The notes beneath the pieces were generated by a model. The model was not told the DNA's origin and ran no database searches. It was given only the letters and a program-made list of their open reading frames with translations. A stretch of 30,388 nucleotides of DNA from a virus. Its lineage: Duplodnaviria > Caudoviricetes. A program made the translations under genes and the position numbers. The stretch is from the IMG/VR virus record IMGVR_UViG_3300046832_001354, positions 1 through 30,388 of that record; one strand, given 5' to 3'. Positions 8,468 to 17,026 of this stretch are shown one piece after another; within the stretch, counting starts at the first letter, position 1; every line of letters begins with the position of its first letter.

Positions 8468-9478
8468 TTAGAGCATCCTTTTGAGTACTTGGGCTAATTC
8501 GGTGGTCGTCCCGGACTTTCGGAACTGCGACTTGGCTTTATCCAGGCCGACCTTGGCCGCATCCTTCTTTGATGCAGGGATTGCGGTCGGTCGACCAGGC
8601 TGACTGGGTGCCTTGACCAGTGGGCGGGTGGCAGATGGCTTGCCCTTGGCGGACTCCTGCGCCAGACGCAACTTGCGCCCGGCAATGAAGTCACCGACCA
8701 GCACCTGGTACTCCGGCAGTGAGGCAATCTGCGGCAGTTGCCGCAGGACGGCCTGCGCCTCGGTGTACTCGGTAGCCGAACGGTCTTTCCACCATGGGTA
8801 GAGCTGTTCCGCGATGGGCTTGATCTGCTGGTAGTTCTGCAGGAAGCGGGCGCGATTCGGGATGTGCAGGTCGATGGCGTCTTCTACACGCCGCTTGATC
8901 TGCTTCACGTCATCCGCGCTGTACTCCTTGCCCTCTACTTCGCAGCCGTCGATGTTGTCCTCGCACCACCGTTTAAGATTCCGGGCCTTGCTCCACTCAT
9001 CGTTGAGTTTCGACACTTCCCAGACATCGGCAAACGGGTCTGCAGCGGACTGCACCGCGGTCGGCCTGTCGTTGGTCTGCTCCAGTTTGGTCTTGGCATC
9101 GTTGAGCTCCCGCTCGAGCGCCTCGGCCTTCTCCAGCGCCTCTTTCTTCTGGCGCGTGAGCTTGTCGATGCGTTTGCGGTAGCCCAGCGATTCCTCGTCG
9201 CTGTTCTCTTCGGTCTCGGAAAGAACATCCTGCTCAGGCGACTCGGCCTGCGCATCCGTTTGTTCTGCGGTCGGCTCCGCATCCTCGGCCTGATCGTCCA
9301 CTGAAGTGGCTTCCGGCTCCGGCGCTTGTTGCTCGACGTCTGACGCCTTCTCCTCCTCCCCGCTGAATCGTGTCTTCAGCAACTTGGCCAACGCCGATTC
9401 GTCGAACTGCATCGGGTTGATTGGGGGCTGTGCCGTGTTTTTAGACAGGGGCGCTTCCTGTGTCGTTTGGATGTCCAT
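8468..9478 (-). CDS. Capsid scaffolding protein, about 336 aa
   Basis: Acidic disordered N-terminus, KRIDKLT coiled coil, basic C-terminal helix. Lies between portal and capsid. The ATG at 9478 is preferred to 9511. Confidence 0.8.
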   Translation of the reverse strand: MDIQTTQEAPLSKNTAQPPINPMQFDESALAKLLKTRFSGEEEKASDVEQQAPEPEATSVDDQAEDAEPTAEQTDAQAESPEQDVLSETEENSDEESLGYRKRIDKLTRQKKEALEKAEALERELNDAKTKLEQTNDRPTAVQSAADPFADVWEVSKLNDEWSKARNLKRWCEDNIDGCEVEGKEYSADDVKQIKRRVEDAIDLHIPNRARFLQNYQQIKPIAEQLYPWWKDRSATEYTEAQAVLRQLPQIASLPEYQVLVGDFIAGRKLRLAQESAKGKPSATRPLVKAPSQPGRPTAIPASKKDAAKVGLDKAKSQFRKSGTTTELAQVLKRML

Positions 9479-9557
9479 GCTTTTAGACCCTGCAAGCCGG
9501 GTATGCTGCAACCATGGTTGTTGAGGCCAACCAAGAAGCCGTTGTGTGAGTGAGAGC

Positions 9558-9800
9558 CTAGAATTGACCGGAAGTCAAGTCTCTCCCGTTTCGCAGCGCA
9601 CTGATTTGTGCGATGAGATCCTTGATCGCGGCTGCCCGGCCTGCGTTGTAGGCACGGTCCTCCGCGGAAAGCGATGGGAGGAGGGCGCTGTGTACCTCGT
9701 CCCGTAGCGTGTCGTCGATGACCTGGCCAATGGCCTTGAGCACCGGGTGCTCCTCGGACACTGACAGGGCCTCCGAGAGTTGTTCGTCGTTCAGTTTCAT
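9558..9800 (-). CDS. Small head-module protein (Bbp19-like), 80 aa
   Basis: Coupled to the portal stop. The RAYNAGR motif resembles small proteins found between portal and scaffold in podoviruses. Confidence 0.55.
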   Translation of the reverse strand: MKLNDEQLSEALSVSEEHPVLKAIGQVIDDTLRDEVHSALLPSLSAEDRAYNAGRAAAIKDLIAQISALRNGRDLTSGQF

Positions 9801-11884
9801 TGGACTCCGAGTCTGCCGGTGACGGCGTTCTGCTGCTGTTGCACCGAGAACTGCAGGTTCTCAATGTACTTCTGCAGGTTGGCTTGGAAGAGCGGGTCCT
9901 GCTGGAGCTGTTGCTGGTACTTCGGGTTGCTCTGTAGCACCTGCTGAGTGAATTGCAGGCGCATGGCTGCTGTAGGGTCGTTCTCGCGCAATTGGGGCGG
10001 GTTGCCGAGGCTCATCAGCGCCACCTCGTCGTTGGTTTCACCGAACATCTTCTGCGCGGCAGGGCCCTGCTGCATGACCAGCTCGCTGGCCAGGTTGGGA
10101 TCAATGGCCCGGAGAGCCACAGAGATCAGCTTGGCTCGGTCAATGACGCCGGCGGTGTCGAGGGGCAGGACGAGGGTGCTGATGGCCTTCAGCTTCTCGG
10201 TGACCAGGTCGGTGGAGAGCTCGCGGATGTCGAACTTCAGCATCACGTCGAAGTCCTGAATGTCGGGCGGGAGCGGGGTGGCCGAGGCCGTGATGCGCTG
10301 GATCTCGGCGGGGCCGATGTACTGCAGGGTGAGGGACAGCACCTGGCGGAACGCCTCGGTCCAGCCGTGCAGCCAGTTGTTGATCAGGCGCTGCTGGCGC
10401 ATCTGGGTGATCACCGGGGGGACCTTCTCGGTCGGGCGCCCAAAGTAGCGGTCGGTCTGGGCCTCGATGGCTGCGATCAGTTGGAAGGCCACACTGGGCT
10501 CGCGGGCGGGCGGTTGCAGGAAGCCGATCTCGCCGCGGCGCAGGACCGGGATCTGGATCGCCGGGCCGATCTTCAGGTTGCCGCCGCGGGTCTTGGGGAC
10601 CTCGATGGGCGGCAGGGTGGCCAGGGACGTGTAGTCGAAGATGGAGTCGCGCTGGGCCTTGACCTCGTGCTGCCAGGTCGAGCAGACCTCGGGCACGCCC
10701 CGGCTCTCGGTGATCTGGCGGTGGATGAGCTCACTGCGCCACACCACAAACGGGTACTGCCCGTGCGTGTAGTCCAAGAGGTCGAAGTAGCCCCATTTGT
10801 CGCCCACCTGAGGGCTGAATACGGTGTAGAACACGCCCGGGATGCCGTCGGAGTCGATTGATTTTTGGTAGCTATAGACCACCTCGATCAGGTTCTCGCG
10901 GTCGAGGATGGAGTTTTCGGCCAGGCCGACAGCAGCGTAGGTGTAGGCCGAGTAGTCGCTGAAACGGCCCATCGTGTTGATCGCCTCCTGGGCCCACTCG
11001 GCGTCCCAGCCCTCGGTCTCGACCTTGTTCAAGAGCTCGGCCTCGGTCATGTAAAACCGTCGGAACACCACCCGGGCGGACTGGATGTCGGTGGTCTCGG
11101 GCGGGAAGACCAGCTCGTCGTAGGGTGCGAGGGCTGCCACCATGGGCTTGTTGGTGACCATGGTCGGGATGGGGAAGTCGCACTCGCCCTCGGTGCGCAG
11201 GTCGCGGATGGCCTTGAGGGCCCGGCGCTTGCGCAGGTTGGGGAAGGCCGAGAGGAGGAGCTCTGCGGATTGGTCGTCGGCCTCGGGATTGGCGATGAGG
11301 TTGGGCAGGTCGGCAAGGATGGAGTCCTGTGGGGACTGGGCTGCCAGAGCCATGATCTGGTCCATGGTCAGGTACTGCTCCTTCTGACCCATCTCCTGCT
11401 GCCAGGTGACGTGCACACCGGCCCAGCCGTAGGTCCATAGGTACTGGGAGAGCAGCTCGACCTCGCGGGTGAGGTCGTTGTACATCTTCGCATTGACCGT
11501 CCAGTCCATCAGGTTGTGCGCGGTGACGGCCTGATCAAGCTGGCTGATGTTGGTGGGGCTGACGCGGAGCATCGAGCGCCAGAAGGAGGTGCTGCAGAGG
11601 TCCACGAGGCCGTTGATCACCTCGTCGGCAAGCGGGATGCGGGTGTCGGAGGCGCCGTCCCAGGGGAATGCCGGCTTGTTGCGGTTGGCATCATTCCACT
11701 TCTTGCCGTCGTCGGTCTGACCAGGCCAGCGGCAGTAGCGCACATTCTCGGCATTCTCGACACGGGCGAAGACGCCGTAGTCGGTGGCCGAACGCCGCAG
11801 CTCCTCGGTCAGTGCGCTGACATTGGGCTCGTCGCCGACCCGTGCCATCACGTCGGTTGCCTGCTTGTAGGAATCTCCTTGCAT
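9797..11884 (-). CDS. Portal protein, about 695 aa
   Basis: Directly after the terminase. PWDGASD, YPFV and SRGVPE motifs. Gln-rich C-terminal barrel as in P22-like portals. Confidence 0.85.
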   Translation of the reverse strand: MQGDSYKQATDVMARVGDEPNVSALTEELRRSATDYGVFARVENAENVRYCRWPGQTDDGKKWNDANRNKPAFPWDGASDTRIPLADEVINGLVDLCSTSFWRSMLRVSPTNISQLDQAVTAHNLMDWTVNAKMYNDLTREVELLSQYLWTYGWAGVHVTWQQEMGQKEQYLTMDQIMALAAQSPQDSILADLPNLIANPEADDQSAELLLSAFPNLRKRRALKAIRDLRTEGECDFPIPTMVTNKPMVAALAPYDELVFPPETTDIQSARVVFRRFYMTEAELLNKVETEGWDAEWAQEAINTMGRFSDYSAYTYAAVGLAENSILDRENLIEVVYSYQKSIDSDGIPGVFYTVFSPQVGDKWGYFDLLDYTHGQYPFVVWRSELIHRQITESRGVPEVCSTWQHEVKAQRDSIFDYTSLATLPPIEVPKTRGGNLKIGPAIQIPVLRRGEIGFLQPPAREPSVAFQLIAAIEAQTDRYFGRPTEKVPPVITQMRQQRLINNWLHGWTEAFRQVLSLTLQYIGPAEIQRITASATPLPPDIQDFDVMLKFDIRELSTDLVTEKLKAISTLVLPLDTAGVIDRAKLISVALRAIDPNLASELVMQQGPAAQKMFGETNDEVALMSLGNPPQLRENDPTAAMRLQFTQQVLQSNPKYQQQLQQDPLFQANLQKYIENLQFSVQQQQNAVTGRLGVQ

Positions 11885-11895
11885 AGTGTCTTTTG

Positions 11896-13602
11896 TTAGT
11901 ATCCACCGCCGCCGCGGCAATCAAAGCCCCCATGGCCTACGAACGCAAGACCGGAGACCAAGAGCATCCCCAAGCAGTCGATGGGGTCCTTGGTCGCACC
12001 CTTCTGCCCGTCGCGCCCGGTGTGCTCGGAGAGTGCGTAGGTAAGGTTGACGCAGTCGTCGGTGATATAGAGCGAGGGCTCGTTGAGCGGGGTGAGCGGC
12101 TGGGTGGCATCGTAGGAGAGGAGGCTGTTGATGGCGCTGGTGCGCTGGTCGACGGGCACGCCGGGTGCCGGTACGAATGCCATGGGCTCGTCCTGGGGGT
12201 TGTCGGACTCGGCCAGGAGGTCGATCAGGGTTGTGCCGCCGGCCTCGGATAGTGCGGGCGAACCGCCGGCCTTGGGGTCGATCAGGCGCATCACAGGCTC
12301 GCCGTAACCGAGCTCGGCCTCAATGGTCCTGAATAGGTTACGGTACTCGGATATCGACCGCCCGGCATCCAAGGTCTGGGCAGGCCCGAGCTTGCCGTCG
12401 GGCTTCTCGGAGGGCAGGGCCCACTCGCCGTAGTTGCTGAAGTCCGGGAACTCCCGCACCACAACCCGCTTGCCGTCCTCGTAGACCAACAACCACAAAC
12501 AGAACCAATTCCGGGCGCCAGCGGGGTCGCAGACCATGTACAGGGTGCCGCCGGGGGGCACCTTGGAGGCCGGGATGCAGTGGATATCCGGGCGGAAACG
12601 GGCGAAGGCCTTGCCGATGTTGTCCGAGGCCCAGCCGTAGGCCCGGGTCAGGATCTGGCCCATGGGCGAGGTGACCAGCTTGCTCTTCATCTCGTCGAAG
12701 GGGTTGTACGGGTTGTCTTCCGAGAAGAAGAACACGGTGCGCCGGTTGGTCTGGGGCTGCACCATGGTGCGGGCGGCCTTGCCGAGGGGCCAGGTGGGGA
12801 GCGCTTGCTTGCCTTTGATGAGCTCGGCGTCGTGGAAAGCGGAGATTGAGGAGCCGGCGGTGAACTCCTTGTAGACGCTGGCCACGCCCTCGAGGGGTGT
12901 CTGGGTGACCAGGAGCTTGCCGCGGCGGGTGATGAGGCGGTAGCGGAGTGTGTCCACCCAGGACTGCGGGACCAGCTCGTCGCACCAGATCAGGTCGGCC
13001 TCGCGGCCTTCGATGGTGTTCTCGCTCTGCGTGTAGTTCAGGAAGTCACAGCGTGATCCGTTGGGCAGGATGAATGAGCCGTCGGTGAAGCCATTCTTGC
13101 GGCTGTAGTTCAGGTAGTGAATACGGCCCTTCTTGGTGGCCCGGAGGGCGACGGGCAGGTAGTTGTAGATTGCGGGCTGCTGCACGGTGACTGAGGTGGC
13201 GTGGCTTGTGTGGCAGCAGAGGACGCTGGCGTTTTCCTTCTCGAGGAGGGTTTGCACCACGCGGCGTGCGGCCCAGAGGGTTTTACCGGCGCGGTTGCCG
13301 CCGGAGATCAGCAGCTCCTGGGTGGCTGCGTACTCGGTGTTGGCGATCTCCCAGTGGTCAGGGATGAAACCGTAGGTGTAGGGGTCGGCCTTCTCGAGCA
13401 GCACGAGCTGGGTGCGCTTCTGCTTCAGCTCGAGTGCCCGGGGGTGCGAGGCGTCTACCCGGGGGATGACGGGGTGCAACGGCTGCTCGTTCCACCAGGC
13501 GGTGTTGCAGGCCTCGGTGCAGAAGCGCTTCTGCTTGGGGCCTTCGCGCTGCTTGATGATCTCGAAGGGCTTGGAGCAGGTGAGGCAGAGGGGGTGTGAC
13601 AT
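11896..13602 (-). CDS. terL: Terminase large subunit with an N-terminal Zn-finger-like extension (alternative GTG start at 13620)
   Basis: Walker A GGNRAGKT, Walker B LIWCDE, coupling motif TQTP, nuclease acidic motifs VCDPAG and KDPID. Confidence 0.9.
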   Translation of the reverse strand: MSHPLCLTCSKPFEIIKQREGPKQKRFCTEACNTAWWNEQPLHPVIPRVDASHPRALELKQKRTQLVLLEKADPYTYGFIPDHWEIANTEYAATQELLISGGNRAGKTLWAARRVVQTLLEKENASVLCCHTSHATSVTVQQPAIYNYLPVALRATKKGRIHYLNYSRKNGFTDGSFILPNGSRCDFLNYTQSENTIEGREADLIWCDELVPQSWVDTLRYRLITRRGKLLVTQTPLEGVASVYKEFTAGSSISAFHDAELIKGKQALPTWPLGKAARTMVQPQTNRRTVFFFSEDNPYNPFDEMKSKLVTSPMGQILTRAYGWASDNIGKAFARFRPDIHCIPASKVPPGGTLYMVCDPAGARNWFCLWLLVYEDGKRVVVREFPDFSNYGEWALPSEKPDGKLGPAQTLDAGRSISEYRNLFRTIEAELGYGEPVMRLIDPKAGGSPALSEAGGTTLIDLLAESDNPQDEPMAFVPAPGVPVDQRTSAINSLLSYDATQPLTPLNEPSLYITDDCVNLTYALSEHTGRDGQKGATKDPIDCLGMLLVSGLAFVGHGGFDCRGGGGY

Positions 13603-13620
13603 AGGGGGGATTCCACTCAC

Positions 13621-13973
13621 TTTACAGAAGAGGACAGAGGATGACTGAGGATGACTGAAGGCTGTGTGGGGTGTGTTTGTTTATATTTTTCGTTTTAGAG
13701 AACCCGTCGACTTTTAGCGTCGCCGCGGATTGCCCGACCCCCTCCCCCGGGGGCCCGGGCGGCCTGGTGTCTGCCTTGTGTAACGGGGTAGGACATTGGG
13801 TCTGCCGAGGGGTGCTAAAGTGCGTTTCGATCAATGTTTGCAGGGGTTTGCTGCGTGTTTGAGTGTCGAAGTGAATATAACTGCTATTGTAGGCATGAGT
13901 GCCCGAAACAGGCCTAAATGCGTGGTTTTCGGTGGTGCTGCCGCGGTAGGGGTAGGACATTTTGGACCACTAC
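13621..13973. other. Non-coding region between the putative terS and terL; candidate packaging/terminus region
   Basis: Largest gene-free gap in the window. 13-bp direct repeat GGGGTAGGACATT (13785, 13949), tandem GAGGATGACT x2 (13637-13656), C/G runs at 13733-13759 and a T-rich patch near 13676-13696. Confidence 0.45.
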
Positions 13974-14591
13974 CTAAACCAGGTCGGGCGTCTGCTCGTC
14001 GTTCACGGGCGTCACGTCGCGTTCTTTCAGGTCCTTCATCAGGTCGCGATGGCTCACAGAGGCCGTCATGGCGAGGTGAATTGAGGTGGGTTGCCCCTTA
14101 ATTACAGCGAGTTTGTCGGTCAGCACGGCGACCGCTACGGGAAGTCCACGATCATCGATCAAGTTAATAGAGGATTCGGCCAGTCGCTTGGTGCCCTTCC
14201 AGATCGCAACCTCCAGAAAACCCGTCACATCCTTGCGCCAGTCCTCCTCGTTTTCAGGGTAATCGACTGGGACCTTAACGCCTCGGATCAGCTTAAACGC
14301 AGTCGTAGGGCTTAGTCCGGTATCTTCCGCTATCTTCTCAAGCGACTTGTTCTCAAGGATACCAGCGACGACAGCGTCCGCTTTCTCTTGGGTCAGCTTG
14401 TTGTTGAAGTGTTGATTGGGGTGGTGGCTTTTGACGTACCCGAGCTCTTTGACCGCGTTGAAGACCTTCTCTTGCGTTGCCTGGGGGATCTCGGTGTTAC
14501 CTGCCAACACGCGCTGGGTGTACAGGTAATTGACTCCGGCTGCCTTGGCGACGTCCTCGATGCTCGGCTTCTTGTCCTTCTTACCCGGCAT
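13974..14591 (-). CDS. Putative terminase small subunit with LacI-type HTH plus a second HTH, 205 aa
   Basis: SIEDVAKAAGV...TQEKVFNAVKELGY (LacI-like), SLEKIAEDTGLS (HTH), C-terminal VAVAVLTDK...GQPT helix. Last gene before terL. Confidence 0.55.
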   Translation of the reverse strand: MPGKKDKKPSIEDVAKAAGVNYLYTQRVLAGNTEIPQATQEKVFNAVKELGYVKSHHPNQHFNNKLTQEKADAVVAGILENKSLEKIAEDTGLSPTTAFKLIRGVKVPVDYPENEEDWRKDVTGFLEVAIWKGTKRLAESSINLIDDRGLPVAVAVLTDKLAVIKGQPTSIHLAMTASVSHRDLMKDLKERDVTPVNDEQTPDLV

Positions 14592-15390
14592 AAGGCGCAA
14601 AGCTAAAGGGAAACTCTCCCCAGTGGTTGAGCTGTTTCTTGGGCTTCATGGAGTAGTGCTTCACTCCGGCCAGGGTCATCCTGACTGCAGCGGCGTAATC
14701 CTCACTGAGATACTCGAGTTTACCGGGCATGGACTCCATGGCGAACGGCATCCACAGGGTCGGGAAGCGCTCGACCCTCACATCGTCGCACCAGTCGATC
14801 CGATAGGGGTTCTGCACTCCTGACCCTCCCAAGCAATCAAGTGCGCTCATAAGGCAACCTCGAGTGATTGCGAGGCATCCCGATGCGAACATCGTGACAG
14901 GAACAAGCTCGGAAGCGCACTCGGCATCATTCACCTGGTGTTTCAGGGCCTGCAGGTGCTCCACCTTCGGGCGTAGGGCTGGTCGGGCCGGGAGCGACCG
15001 GCATGAGTAGGGGATGCAGACCGTTGCCTGGTGTTCATGGGCTAGCTCGGCCATGCGGACTATATCGGCTGCAGTGAACTCGATGTCGTGGTCCAATTGG
15101 ACCCACACATCTTTGCCGGAGTCCAGGAACCACTTGGTGGCGCGGCAACGGGAGCGGCTGATCAGTGCATCCTCCCGGATGGTGCGCAGATCGGTCTGCC
15201 TGTCTGAGCGGGCGAACGTGGCCGTCAGGTCGACCCAGGACATCATGCAGGCAGCACTGATGCCACCGTAGGCGTACATCGAGACGTGGATAGATGGGCG
15301 GGTGCCTGCCTTGGTTGGCTCCTGCACCACCGAGTTGGGCTGTTGCGCGTGGATGAATGGATCTTTTATCAGATCCTCTGAGTTATTCAT
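14581..15390 (-). CDS. GT-A fold (GT2-like) glycosyltransferase, 269 aa
   Basis: ISRSR...FL, DxD motif (WVQLDHDIEF), ASGCLAI and YLSEDY acceptor-site motif. Confidence 0.75.
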   Translation of the reverse strand: MNNSEDLIKDPFIHAQQPNSVVQEPTKAGTRPSIHVSMYAYGGISAACMMSWVDLTATFARSDRQTDLRTIREDALISRSRCRATKWFLDSGKDVWVQLDHDIEFTAADIVRMAELAHEHQATVCIPYSCRSLPARPALRPKVEHLQALKHQVNDAECASELVPVTMFASGCLAITRGCLMSALDCLGGSGVQNPYRIDWCDDVRVERFPTLWMPFAMESMPGKLEYLSEDYAAAVRMTLAGVKHYSMKPKKQLNHWGEFPFSFAPYAG

Positions 15391-15731
15391 TCTGATTTAG
15401 AGTTGTGTTTGATTCGTTCTGATTCAAGGAAAGCCTCGTGACCCTTTGCCAATATATACGGCACCGATCCGCGGGATACTCCAATTGCTTTTGCCAAGTC
15501 ATTGAGTGTCATTCCGAGCTCCCGGAGATCGTAGGCACGCCGGCAGAACTGCGGGGTGTATTTGTCCGGGTGGACGTACTCGGTCGACTCGATGTTGGGG
15601 TCGGGCGAACCGTCCGCTAGGAACTTCTGGCTCAGCGGGTAGGACATCAGGCCCTTGTTGATGGCCCACTGCACCAGCCTCGGGCTGTCGTGCAGCAATT
15701 TGGTCCTGTCTAGGTCGTACTTGGTTTTCAT
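15387..15731 (-). CDS. HTH DNA-binding protein, 114 aa
   Basis: TGATG coupling to the dnaB stop. GMTLNDLAKAIGVSRGSV helix-turn-helix. Confidence 0.65.
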   Translation of the reverse strand: MKTKYDLDRTKLLHDSPRLVQWAINKGLMSYPLSQKFLADGSPDPNIESTEYVHPDKYTPQFCRRAYDLRELGMTLNDLAKAIGVSRGSVPYILAKGHEAFLESERIKHNSKSE

Positions 15732-17026
15732 CAGTAGATCGGGGGCGGGTCGGTGAAGCGGCAGTACTGGCCGTCGTACCACAGAGGAACCAGGCCGCAC
15801 TCACCGTCTCGCTGTTTGGCGATGGCGATCACAGCCTCACCTTGGGCCTCATGGCGTTCACGGTTGAGCAGTAACACAAGGTCAGCGTCCCTTTCAATCT
15901 GCCCGGAGTCGGCCAGGTCGGTGAGCCGAGGTACTCGGCCTTTGTCCTTCTCGTTCTCCCGATTGAGCTGGGCCAGGGCAACCACGGCTGTCTTGGTATC
16001 AGAGGCCACGCCTTTGAGTCTGCCCGAAACTTCTGCAATCTCATACGTTTTCTTCTCTGCAGCCCTACTGCCGTGGATCTTTTGCAGATAGTCGACCAGC
16101 ACCAGCTTCACGCCCCACTTGCGTACAGCACGGCGGATTACCGCGGTGATCGTTGCGATGTTCGATACAGATGAACCGGACACAAAATGGATGGGGCTGC
16201 CTGCGATCTTGGCTGATGCACTGGACATTGCCTTCATTCCTCCCTGGTCGAGCTGGCCGGTCTTGATGTCCTGCATTGGTATGCTGCCAATAGCCGAGAC
16301 CATACGGCGCACGATGGACTCGTCGGACATCTCCAGGCTAACGAACAGGGTGGGTATACGGGAGTCGATGGCTGCTGCCTTGGCAATGGCGATGGCAATG
16401 GCTGTCTTCCCAATGCTGGGTCGGGCTGCAATGATGGCCAGCTCACCGTATTGAAACCCATCGGTCATCTGGTCGAGCCTGTGGAAGCCCGAGGTGATCC
16501 CGGAAAGCTGGCCCTGCCTTGAGAATCTTTCCTGTGTGGAGTCGATGAAACGGCTGACAACGGACTTGGACGATTGCACCTCCTCTTTAGATGCCTCAAC
16601 GGTGAGCCCTGCTTCGGCATTGGAGACGATTTGATCGACGGAGAGGGTGGAGACAGCAGACTCACGGATCAGACGGTCTCCAGCGGTTCTGAGCTGGCGT
16701 CTATGGTAGGCTTCTAGGACAGCCTGGGAGAAGGCCGGATGATTGGCCGGGCTGGGACACAGCTCGTCTGCCTTGTTCAATTCCTCAAATGGTGGGGTAA
16801 TCTGAGGAATTGAGCGCTGCCACTCTTTGACCACCGTCGTCAGGTTGACCGGCTCGGTCTTGGCGACCAGGCTTTTGGTGATCTCGTACAGGCAGCGCAA
16901 CTTGTCGTGCTGGATAGCTGCAGTCGGGATCTTGGCGAACACCTCGTGACAGACATCCGAACCACCGGAAAGACAGGCGCCGATGAGGCCGTACTCGTCG
17001 TCCTGGGCAAAGTAGGGGTCGCTCAT
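15731..17026 (-). CDS. dnaB: Replicative DNA helicase, 431 aa
   Basis: AARPSIGKT (Walker A), SLEMS, VDYLQ, LAQLNR, LADSGQIERDAD and IAKQRDG motifs. Confidence 0.95.
   Translation of the reverse strand: MSDPYFAQDDEYGLIGACLSGGSDVCHEVFAKIPTAAIQHDKLRCLYEITKSLVAKTEPVNLTTVVKEWQRSIPQITPPFEELNKADELCPSPANHPAFSQAVLEAYHRRQLRTAGDRLIRESAVSTLSVDQIVSNAEAGLTVEASKEEVQSSKSVVSRFIDSTQERFSRQGQLSGITSGFHRLDQMTDGFQYGELAIIAARPSIGKTAIAIAIAKAAAIDSRIPTLFVSLEMSDESIVRRMVSAIGSIPMQDIKTGQLDQGGMKAMSSASAKIAGSPIHFVSGSSVSNIATITAVIRRAVRKWGVKLVLVDYLQKIHGSRAAEKKTYEIAEVSGRLKGVASDTKTAVVALAQLNRENEKDKGRVPRLTDLADSGQIERDADLVLLLNRERHEAQGEAVIAIAKQRDGECGLVPLWYDGQYCRFTDPPPIY

Noticed and set aside
9476-9502. Scaffold leader as a SAM-II/SAM-V riboswitch (UUGCA loop, A-rich 3' strand)
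   Set aside because: Too short, lacks the U-rich loop segment of those aptamers, and the gene context does not fit. Kept only as a generic structured leader.
189-12849. Many long plus-strand ORFs (e.g. 189..971, 3805..4641, 6109..6957, 9953..10861)
   Set aside because: Antisense shadows of well-supported minus-strand genes. High GC suppresses stops and no recognisable domains are present.
13622-13960. 112-aa ORF between the putative terS and terL
   Set aside because: Atypical composition, runs through repeats and homopolymer tracts, no motif. More likely non-coding, though not excluded.
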